Source: Bdellovibrionales bacterium
GTDB lineage: Bacteria; Bdellovibrionota; Bdellovibrionia; Bdellovibrionales; JAUICD01
DNA: 64,000 bases
Direction: 5' to 3'
NCBI GenBank assembly: GCA_965203275.1
Contig: OZ241865.1
Span: forward strand, 1,056,001 to 1,120,000
Each line of letters starts with the position of its first letter. Position 1 is the stretch's first letter. Under the pieces are notes generated by a model that saw nothing but the letters and a program-made list of their open reading frames with translations, was not told the origin of the DNA and did no database searches. The position numbers were made by a program, and so were the translations under genes. Below, piece by piece: positions 31,976 through 40,098 of this stretch.

Positions 31976-33864
31976 AGTTCAAGAGGGAGAGTAATAATGA
32001 AAGTTGTGCCTTTGTTTTCTTCTGATGTAACTGTGATCTGGCCTCCATGTTTCTGCACTAGATTATAAGAGATACTCAGTCCTAAGCCTGTCCCTTGACC
32101 AACTGCTTTTGTGGTAAAGAAAGGATCAAAGACATGGTGAATGTGATCTGATGGAATCCCTCGACCGTTATCTTCAATGGTAATTTTGACCTGCTGATCA
32201 TGCTTTGTAGCTACAATTTTGATATGACCTTTATCTTCAATAGCATGAGCAGCATTGGAAATAATATTCATCAGTACTTGATTGATCTGACCTGCATTGC
32301 ATTGGATTTTAAGAGAATCCTCTATATCTAAATCTACTTGGATTCTAGTTTTGATTTCACCTGATAAAAGCTCTAATGTATTCTGTATGTTTTCTTTTAA
32401 ATGATAATCCTGCAACGTACTGTCATCTATGCGAGAAAAACTACGCAAAGAAACTACAATATCCATAACCCTCTTTGACCCGTCTTGACAAGATTTAATG
32501 AGCTTAGGTAAGTCTTTCACAAGGTAATCATAATCTATATCTTCTTTAAATTTTTCCACCTTTTGAGGATTATTTTGCATTAGCTGAATAAGTTGAATAA
32601 GATTTTTTGAATAGGCTTCCAGATGGGCCATATTAGAATCAATAAAACCAATAGGATTATTGAGTTCATGGGCAACTCCTGCCACTAGCTGACCTAAACT
32701 GACCATTTTAGCTGAATGTACAAGCTGTGCTTGTGTTTCTTGTAGCTCTTTATTGGCTTTTTCTAATTGCTGGTTAGCTTCTTCCAGTTGAGAGATAGAC
32801 TCAGCAATCCACAAAGACATATTATTAAAAGTTGCAATTAACTTATTGATCTCCCTTGAGTTAGAAGCCTTGATAGGGATTTGTGTTCCTAACTGGCCAT
32901 CTTCGATTTGTTTAGCAGCTTTGACCAAATCAGATACAGGGCGAATGATCATGACACGACTAACAACAATCAGTATACCAATCAAAAGAATAATCATCAC
33001 CACAACACCTGTAAAAAGGGCTTTTGAAATCCTCCTTACCAAAGTATTTTCTGTAGATGTTTGGACAGATGCCAAACCTAAAAAGATACGCATTCTATCA
33101 GGATCAATAGATTGAGTAAACAAACCGTATGGAGGGTTTGGATGAATAAGTTTAAAAAAAGGAGTGATTGCTTTAAGTAGCCATGTATTTTGCGGTACAA
33201 GTTCTTTTTGCTCTGATGTGGACACAATAGGCTGTTGTTCATGATCTAAAATCACAAGGTTTAAATTCAATCTTTGTTTAAAGTGATTTAAAATGGTTTT
33301 ATCAATATGGTAAACACCTTGAATAAACCCTTGTACTTGATCTTCAAGGACCACTTGAGAATAAGTTGTTAGCTCCATACGATTGTCAATTATATCACGG
33401 AAAGATTTATGAGAGGTGTTTTGAAGTTCATTTTGAAGATCTGATGGGAGATATAATGTTCCTGATGTTCTCTCTTGAATATTCTTATCCTCTTTGAAAA
33501 AAATAAATAAAGAAGCTCCTTGGTTGTCAAAAATAGCTATTTGAGAGATAGGAGAATCTTCTTGCATCCAGTTTTCAATCAAGCTTTTTATTTGTGTTGT
33601 GGATTTTTGTTGAAGTGCAGGAGCTAGCTGTAAATGACTGGCATACTGTTGAATATGTGTAGCAAGTTGATCTTCTAAAAGGTTTATTTCTGATGCAATT
33701 TCTTTAAAGTTGGCCTCTAATCGTTGGCGTTGTTCTCCGTAAAAAACAATTTGAAATTCTATTAAGCTATAGAAGGTCATTAAAAGCAAGGGTATGATTG
33801 AGAATATCAAAAACCAAAATATCAGTATATAGCGGAGGCTATAGCCATTTTGTTTTCTTGCCAT
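31966..33864 (-). CDS. Sensor histidine kinase (2 TM, HAMP, HisKA, HATPase)
   Basis: AGVAHELNNP, QVLMNIISNA, DNGRG, FDPFFTTK, GTGLGL. Confidence 0.95.
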   Translation of the reverse strand: MARKQNGYSLRYILIFWFLIFSIIPLLLMTFYSLIEFQIVFYGEQRQRLEANFKEIASEINLLEDQLATHIQQYASHLQLAPALQQKSTTQIKSLIENWMQEDSPISQIAIFDNQGASLFIFFKEDKNIQERTSGTLYLPSDLQNELQNTSHKSFRDIIDNRMELTTYSQVVLEDQVQGFIQGVYHIDKTILNHFKQRLNLNLVILDHEQQPIVSTSEQKELVPQNTWLLKAITPFFKLIHPNPPYGLFTQSIDPDRMRIFLGLASVQTSTENTLVRRISKALFTGVVVMIILLIGILIVVSRVMIIRPVSDLVKAAKQIEDGQLGTQIPIKASNSREINKLIATFNNMSLWIAESISQLEEANQQLEKANKELQETQAQLVHSAKMVSLGQLVAGVAHELNNPIGFIDSNMAHLEAYSKNLIQLIQLMQNNPQKVEKFKEDIDYDYLVKDLPKLIKSCQDGSKRVMDIVVSLRSFSRIDDSTLQDYHLKENIQNTLELLSGEIKTRIQVDLDIEDSLKIQCNAGQINQVLMNIISNAAHAIEDKGHIKIVATKHDQQVKITIEDNGRGIPSDHIHHVFDPFFTTKAVGQGTGLGLSISYNLVQKHGGQITVTSEENKGTTFIITLPLELFP

Positions 33865-33943
33865 GAATGCCTATTCTTAAAGGTTTTTAGAAATTACTGT
33901 TTTTTATAGTTTTGTCATCAAATGTTTATTTCATAGCTTTTTC

Positions 33944-34384
33944 TTAAGCTGTAGAATCAGTGTTACGGTCAGACATAAGATTTGTCTGCCGGAATATTGT
34001 AAGAGTGCTTGTCTTTGTAATATTTTTTATAGTGTTTTGCGTGAAAGAGCTAGAGAAAAATATAATAAGAATAAGTAAAATAACACCAATGATGAGACTT
34101 GCTATTCTCCATTTATATGTTTTAAGTAAATGTATACTATGACGTAGCAGAGATTTGTTAAGTAAAGCAGTTTCTATTAAGTCAGAAGGTACTTTTGTTT
34201 GAGATAGTTTTTGAGTGTAATCAAGTCCTTGTTTTAAAGCTTGAAATTCTGTTTCGAGATCTGGATAGTCTTTGATATAATGTTTCATAGCTTCTTTTCT
34301 GTCAGCATCTAGCTGTCCTGTGGCATAGTCATAGAGGAGTTCCCGACAAAGAAACTCACTTAATTGATAATGTTTGTGTCTCAT
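33944..34384 (-). CDS. Putative anti-sigma-like membrane protein
   Basis: CRELLYDYATGQLD N-terminus plus one TM helix, downstream of a sigma-like gene. Confidence 0.5.
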   Translation of the reverse strand: MRHKHYQLSEFLCRELLYDYATGQLDADRKEAMKHYIKDYPDLETEFQALKQGLDYTQKLSQTKVPSDLIETALLNKSLLRHSIHLLKTYKWRIASLIIGVILLILIIFFSSSFTQNTIKNITKTSTLTIFRQTNLMSDRNTDSTA

Positions 34385-34474
34385 AATAACCTCTAATAAC
34401 CTCTTTTAAACATATCATATCTTATTGTCTGGTATTATAAAAGCTTTTCTTTTTTACTGATAGTTTCCTTTAAA

Positions 34475-34930
34475 TTATAAAGGGGTGACGCATGGATAGG
34501 TGACATGGCCAAGTGATCGCAGACCATGAGCTAACCGATATCTCACAGTTCCCACAGATATATTCATTCCTTTAGCAATATCTTCATCTGAAAATAAAAG
34601 TATTTTTGAGAAGATCACAACACAAATCACTTCATTGTCTGTTTCTTGTAAAAAGTCACACCATGAACTTAAGTCAACTGGAGGTAGCATAAAGCCTTTT
34701 TTATGATGAAGGTCTCTTTTCAAAGCTAATTGGTCTTTATTATTTGCAAAGTTGTATTTTTGGTATTTTTGCCAAACTTGCATACAAGAAAGAATCAAAT
34801 TGGCTCTTTGATTTTGTGCTTGTAGAGGTTGTTTTTTTTGTTTTCTAAGAACTTTATATGTAGCTTTTAAAGTTACTTTTTCCTCTAAAAACATATAATA
34901 AAAAAATAAAATAATAGATCGAACATGCAT
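34475..34930 (-). CDS. Degenerate ECF sigma-like protein (region 4 HTH)
   Basis: EDIAKGMNISVGTVRYRL; region 2 not recognisable. Confidence 0.5.
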   Translation of the reverse strand: MHVRSIILFFYYMFLEEKVTLKATYKVLRKQKKQPLQAQNQRANLILSCMQVWQKYQKYNFANNKDQLALKRDLHHKKGFMLPPVDLSSWCDFLQETDNEVICVVIFSKILLFSDEDIAKGMNISVGTVRYRLAHGLRSLGHVTYPCVTPL

Positions 34931-35125
34931 TATTCTTTTTTCTACCTTTATTATTATGACTGTGCAAAGTTTAAATTAGTTTTATTAAATATGATTGTTG
35001 ATCATATTTCAAGCAGATTTAAGAAAATATAAATTCATTTTATTGCAATAGCCTTGACAATCATAATTTATAAAAGTTATATTATAAAGTTATGAAAATA
35101 AACCTTACAGCGATTTTAAGGAGAT

Positions 35126-37084
35126 TTGACTTTGGCATCAATAAATTCTTCTGGTCCTCTTGATGGCACTCATCTCTTATTTTGTCTTAATTCACATCGT
35201 CAAAATTTTCTTAATAGACATCTTATACCTTTTATCAAAAAACATCTACCCCAAGTACAGATTTCTTATGTATATGAATTTAAGCAAGCTCAACATAAGA
35301 TGGATCAGATCAACTTTGCAACAGTAATTGTTCAAGACACATCTCACAAAAAACAACATCTTTCGTCTCTTGATTTTTTAATTGATCTTAAAAAAAACTT
35401 TCCAGATACAAGTCGCATCCTCTATACTAAAAACCTCAAATTTCAAGAAATAATAAATTATATTAATCAAGCATACATTTTAGATATTTTCAGTCCTCAA
35501 TGGGAATTAAATAAAATCTTAATTCTTATCCAAAAATCAATAGATCAATATCGCATTTGCACAAACAGAATGAAGCTTGTAGAAGAAATCACTCATATCA
35601 ATAAAAAATTAGAAATCAATATGCAACAACTTGAAACCCACATTAAAGAAGGAACTCAATATATTAAAGAAGCACAGTTAGACGCTCAAAAAAAGAAACA
35701 CAAAGCAGAAAGATTAGTACATCTTGTACAAAAACTAGGTGAAATTACAGATTTTGAAGAATATTTAATAGCTCTTAAGATGGAATATAAAAGTTGGCAT
35801 TGTATTATAACTCCATTCTTAATCGTTCAGCATATCCAGGATCAGTTTATTTTTTATCAGTTACAAGGTAGGACAATCAAAAAACAACACTTACCCTGGC
35901 CACAAAAAAATATTTTACTTAATGCTTTTAGAAAAGAGCTAGCTAACTTGATAGGTCGACCTTTAGGACAACTCTTGCAAATTTCATTAGGAGAGAAGGG
36001 GGTTTTAATTTTTGAACATATATTTGAAAAAAAAGAGCTAGAGGATTTTAAAGAACACATTGAGTTAAACAGACAAGCTTTAGAGATTGCTTTTCAACGC
36101 ATACTTCAAGACAGTCAATTAGTAGAAGCTACTAAAGTTTGGCAAAAAACATTCGATGTGATCTCTGATCCTATTGCTATAGTGGATAACTCTCATCAAA
36201 TTTTAAGATGCAATCAGAGTTTTCATAAACATCAATTAAGTACTTATGATCTTAAGAGGTCTTCTTTAAATAGACATATCATTGCAAATAATAAATTATT
36301 TGAAGTCAGCTATTTTCCTATTGATATAAAGTCTCATAATACCCATACAGTATATATTTATAAAGATATTACCCATTCTAAAACACTTCATTTACAAATG
36401 ATACAAAATGAAAAAATGGCTGCTTTAGGTCATCTAGCTGGAAATATCACACATGAACTCAATAACCCTCTCACAGGGCTTAAGGCTTTAGCTCAAATCC
36501 TTGCTCAAGAAGTCAAAGATCAACCTCAGTTATATCAAGATATCATAGATATTAAAGAAGGTGTGCAACGTTCTCAAGATGTGATTAAAAATTTATTAGA
36601 ATTTACATCACCACATACTTCTTTAAATGTTTCTAAAATAGAAATAGACGATCTGGTCAAAAAAACTTTGCCATTTTTAAAGACAGCCACTCGGTTTCAC
36701 AAGCTTAATATTCATCTGCAATCAAAAGGTGCTTATATTAAGGCTGTTCCGCAACTTATTCAGCATGTTATTTTTAACTTGATCAATAATTCTTGCCAAG
36801 CTATTAAAAAACTAGGAGAAATTTCTATTATCACTGAAGTTCAAAACAATAAGGATAAGGATTTTGTAAAGCTGAAGATTAGCGATAATGGTCCAGGTAT
36901 TCCAGAAGAATTAAGAGAGCAAATTTTTCTTCCATTTGCTACAACAAAACAGAAAAATCAAGGGACAGGGTTGGGCTTACATCTTTGTAAGAATATTGTG
37001 GAAAAGTACCAAGGAGAGATTTTTTACAACAAAGAATTTAAACAAGGGGCAGAGTTTATTGTGCAGTTTCCTTGTGTATTTTAG
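35126..37084 (+). CDS. Cytoplasmic histidine kinase with degenerate receiver-like N-terminus
   Basis: THELNNPL, NLINNS, DNGPG, FLPFATTK, GTGLGL. Confidence 0.92.
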   Translation: MTLASINSSGPLDGTHLLFCLNSHRQNFLNRHLIPFIKKHLPQVQISYVYEFKQAQHKMDQINFATVIVQDTSHKKQHLSSLDFLIDLKKNFPDTSRILYTKNLKFQEIINYINQAYILDIFSPQWELNKILILIQKSIDQYRICTNRMKLVEEITHINKKLEINMQQLETHIKEGTQYIKEAQLDAQKKKHKAERLVHLVQKLGEITDFEEYLIALKMEYKSWHCIITPFLIVQHIQDQFIFYQLQGRTIKKQHLPWPQKNILLNAFRKELANLIGRPLGQLLQISLGEKGVLIFEHIFEKKELEDFKEHIELNRQALEIAFQRILQDSQLVEATKVWQKTFDVISDPIAIVDNSHQILRCNQSFHKHQLSTYDLKRSSLNRHIIANNKLFEVSYFPIDIKSHNTHTVYIYKDITHSKTLHLQMIQNEKMAALGHLAGNITHELNNPLTGLKALAQILAQEVKDQPQLYQDIIDIKEGVQRSQDVIKNLLEFTSPHTSLNVSKIEIDDLVKKTLPFLKTATRFHKLNIHLQSKGAYIKAVPQLIQHVIFNLINNSCQAIKKLGEISIITEVQNNKDKDFVKLKISDNGPGIPEELREQIFLPFATTKQKNQGTGLGLHLCKNIVEKYQGEIFYNKEFKQGAEFIVQFPCVF

Positions 37085-37093
37085 AGGTGGTCT

Positions 37094-37519
37094 TTGACAA
37101 AATGGTCAATAAAGGATTATGGTTTGAAAGTTTTAATTATAGAAGATGACAAAATTATAAGACATGCTTTAAATAGAGTTTTTACAGCGAGGGGGCATGA
37201 AGTCTTTTTAGCTAAAGATGGCAAAGAAGGTGTGGATACTTGGCAAAAGCAAAAGCCTCATTTGGTGTTATTGGATGTGATCATGCCTCATTTGACGGGA
37301 GTACAAATTTTAGAAATGAGAGAAGATTTACCAGAGGCTAAAGTTGTTGTTATGTCAGCTTATACTGGAGATCAATATAATTTTAAAACTTTAAAAAACT
37401 TATCTGATTTGATCATTTCTAAACCATTTGGAGATATTTTTCAATTAATCCAAAAACTAGAATCCATGACAAAATCTTGTGATGAACTTGACTTAGTAGA
37501 TATACAAGATGAGAGATAA
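37094..37519 (+). CDS. Single-domain response regulator
   Basis: VLIIEDD, LLDVIMP, MSA, KPF. Confidence 0.93.
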   Translation: MTKWSIKDYGLKVLIIEDDKIIRHALNRVFTARGHEVFLAKDGKEGVDTWQKQKPHLVLLDVIMPHLTGVQILEMREDLPEAKVVVMSAYTGDQYNFKTLKNLSDLIISKPFGDIFQLIQKLESMTKSCDELDLVDIQDER

Positions 37520-37539
37520 AAGCTTTTAAGGAGGGAGTT

Positions 37540-37900
37540 TTTTCTTAACACAGTGTTAATCCCGGGATCCCGGGATCCCTAACCCCACCCCCCACCCTTC
37601 GATTCTGCCTTTTCATTTTGTTTTTACTTGAGGATGGGGCAGTGTGAGCCTTCCGAAGTCCTCAATTGAGCTTGCTTTTAAAGAGCAAGCTCAATTTGCG
37701 GAAGATCTCCAGGCTCCCACTGCCCCATCCTCTTAATTAATTACTTTTTGTTTGAGATTTATGCAGAATCTAAAAGAGAATAAAAAAACAAAAAAACGAG
37801 CTTTTTCCTTAACATGGAGTTAAGGGACGAAGGGATCCTCCCTACTAAAAGTAAACGGACTTTTGAGGTAGCCAGAGGCTAGTTTACTTTTAGTGAAAAA
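37540..37900. repeat. Structured repeat cluster 4: long hairpin module B plus a module A copy lacking the long arm
   Basis: GAGGATGGGGCAGTG 37630-37644 pairs with 37718-37732; AATTGAGCTTGCT 37664-37676 pairs with 37684-37696. Confidence 0.9.
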
Positions 37901-37904
37901 CAAC

Positions 37905-38004
37905 TCAGGCAATATTAGATTTGGAATTTGTTGGTTGTATGGAATTAGCAAAACAAGCTGATAAATTAGGTGCTTTTTTATACAAATTATGTAAAAATAC
38001 TTAA
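37905..38004 (+). pseudogene. 3' remnant of a four-helix-bundle paralogue
   Basis: Encodes QAILDLEFVGCMELAKQADKLGAFLYKLCKNT*, 450 bp upstream of the matching end of the intact gene. Confidence 0.85.
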
Positions 38005-38148
38005 ATTCAAATTTGATCTTTTCTGGGATCTGGGATCCGGGATCTGGCATCCCGGCATCAGGTTCCAGAGCATTGATTGTAATGAATTTTTTCATCTAAA
38101 AAATTTCCTCCCAAGCCCTGGCGGGTTTTTAGAAAGGAGGAAATTTTT

Positions 38149-38454
38149 ATGACGATGAAAAAATTCAAAACTTACCAATTAGCTACTCAATTTTATCGTA
38201 ATTCTAAAAAATTACATCTGAAAGAGCCTCATAGAAGTCAGTTTCGAAGGGCTGTCTCAAGTATTGTACTTAACTTAGCTGAAGGATCTGCTAAACCTAC
38301 AGCAAAAGATCGTAGGAAGTTTTATTATATTAGTCTTGGTTCTTTAAGAGAGGTTCAAGCGATATTGGATCTAGAGTTTATTGGCTGTATGGAATTAGCA
38401 AAACAAGCTGATAAATTAGGAGCTTATTTATACAAACTGTGTAAAAATACTTAA
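38149..38454 (+). CDS. Four-helix-bundle protein (23S rRNA IVP / Avd-like family)
   Basis: QFRRAVSSIVLNLAEGS...RKFYYISLGSLREVQ family pattern; GGAGG SD. Confidence 0.9.
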   Translation: MTMKKFKTYQLATQFYRNSKKLHLKEPHRSQFRRAVSSIVLNLAEGSAKPTAKDRRKFYYISLGSLREVQAILDLEFIGCMELAKQADKLGAYLYKLCKNT

Positions 38455-38464
38455 ATTCAATTTT

Positions 38465-38728
38465 GATCTTTTCCGGGATCTGGGATCCGGGATCTGGCAG
38501 TCAGGCAGAGATGAAGCGAATAGCTTGTTTCCTTAACATCGTGTTAAAAAACGAAGGTTTCCTTCCTACTCAAAATAAATGAATTTTCTAAGCAGTTAGC
38601 CTTTGTCGACGACGAAAGTCGTCGGGCTAACTGCCAGAAAACATGCCAGAGGCATGATGCATTTTGAGTGAACCAAACGGCTAGACCACTTTTAGTGAAC
38701 CAGAGGTGTGGCTCATTTTGAGTGAAAC
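38465..38728. repeat. Structured repeat cluster 5: heptamers, module A copy, two end fragments
   Basis: CCGGGAT/CTGGGAT tract, TTTCCTTAACAT site, copy ~38521-38674 with GAAA loop. Confidence 0.9.
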
Positions 38729-38803
38729 AACAAGAAAGTTTTAAAGTCAAAAAGATACATCGGCTTAATGGATTCTTATTTTGAGACAAATATAGAATTG
38801 GTC

Positions 38804-39787
38804 TTATTCTGTAGCAACGCCCCCACAAGATATCATGATTGGGTTCGTCTGTAATAACAGTCTTACAATATCAGTATAACCTCTCGACCTTGCCAGTTCT
38901 AAAGCCGTCCATCCTGTTGTCTCTTGAAGATTAACGTTTGCTCCAGCATCTAGCAATAGCTTTACAACCTCAGTATGGCCTTCACGGCTAGCACTTATTA
39001 AAGCCGTAGAGCCATATTCGTTTTGAAAATTAACGTTTGCTCCGGCCGCTAGCAATAACCTTACAAACTCAGGTTGACTTGTTACAGACATTAAAGCTGT
39101 ATTGCCCCTGTCGTCTCGAAGATTGACGTCCGCCCCGGTAGCTAGCAACCCCTTGAAAATCTCAGGCTGGTTTGCGGCCCGCATTAAAGCAGTCACTCCA
39201 TATTTGGTTTGATGGTCAATGTCCGCTCCGGCATCTAGCAAAAGCTTTGCAGTATTAAATGATAGTACTTTATAGCGTATTGATAGTTTTTGAATATCCC
39301 TGTGTTTTTGCAGATTAGCGTTTCGACGACTCCAAAGAGTAAGACTGATACTTCCTAAAGTTGAAGCAAATTGTAAAGCCGTCCTGCCTCCTCGGTCTTG
39401 AACATTAACTTCTGCTCCAGCATCTAGCAATAGCCTTACAATATCTATATTGTGATCACTATCACTAGCCCACATTAAAGCCGTAAAGTCATTGTTGTCT
39501 TGATAGTCAACATCCGCTCCATTATTTAAGGCATCTCTTACCTTACTGATGTTTCCTTCTTTGACCGCTTGAATTAGTGACTGATTTATATCGGGATTTG
39601 GTGATGGGTTTATAGCTGGTGTTTCTCTTTTATCTGGAGTAGGGCTTGGTGGGCTTGTTTGTGTCATCTTAGAGTTAGATGTCTGGCTTTCCTTATCTTT
39701 ATAACAGTTGTTAAACCCGAATGCCAAACAAGACAAAGCAAGCAATAATAATAATAAATAAGCTTTCTTTTTCCCTGTTTTCTTCAT
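38804..39787 (-). CDS. Ankyrin-repeat putative lipoprotein
   Basis: FNNC signal end; repeated GxTALMxA...VRLLLDAGAxVN units. Confidence 0.93.
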   Translation of the reverse strand: MKKTGKKKAYLLLLLLALSCLAFGFNNCYKDKESQTSNSKMTQTSPPSPTPDKRETPAINPSPNPDINQSLIQAVKEGNISKVRDALNNGADVDYQDNNDFTALMWASDSDHNIDIVRLLLDAGAEVNVQDRGGRTALQFASTLGSISLTLWSRRNANLQKHRDIQKLSIRYKVLSFNTAKLLLDAGADIDHQTKYGVTALMRAANQPEIFKGLLATGADVNLRDDRGNTALMSVTSQPEFVRLLLAAGANVNFQNEYGSTALISASREGHTEVVKLLLDAGANVNLQETTGWTALELARSRGYTDIVRLLLQTNPIMISCGGVATE

Positions 39788-39824
39788 GATCCTTTTTCCT
39801 CAATATTTTGTTCATCCAATCAAT

Positions 39825-40090
39825 ATCCGGGATCTGGCAACCCGGCATCAGATCCCGGGATGCCTGATTGCCTGATCCCGGGAGTGGATATCTTGTTTCC
39901 TTAACATCGTGTAAAGAGACGAGAAGATCCTCCTCTACTCAAAATGCATAGATTTTTGAGGCAATGACCATTTTGCCAATGGCGAAAGCCATTGCGGTCA
40001 TTGCCCAAAAACATGCCAGAGGCATGATGCATTTTGAGTGAACCAAACGGCTAGACCACTTTTAGTGAAACAACTCATTTTGAGTGAAAA
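39825..40090. repeat. Structured repeat cluster 6: heptamer module C, module A copy, fragments
   Basis: P1 ACTCAAAATGCAT / ATGCATTTTGAGT; CAATGGC-GAAA-GCCATTG hairpin. Confidence 0.92.
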
Positions 40091-40098
40091 TCACAATT

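Noticed and set aside
37905..38454. DGR template/variable repeat pair next to an Avd-like gene
   Set aside because: Differences are not confined to adenines and are mostly synonymous; no reverse transcriptase in the window
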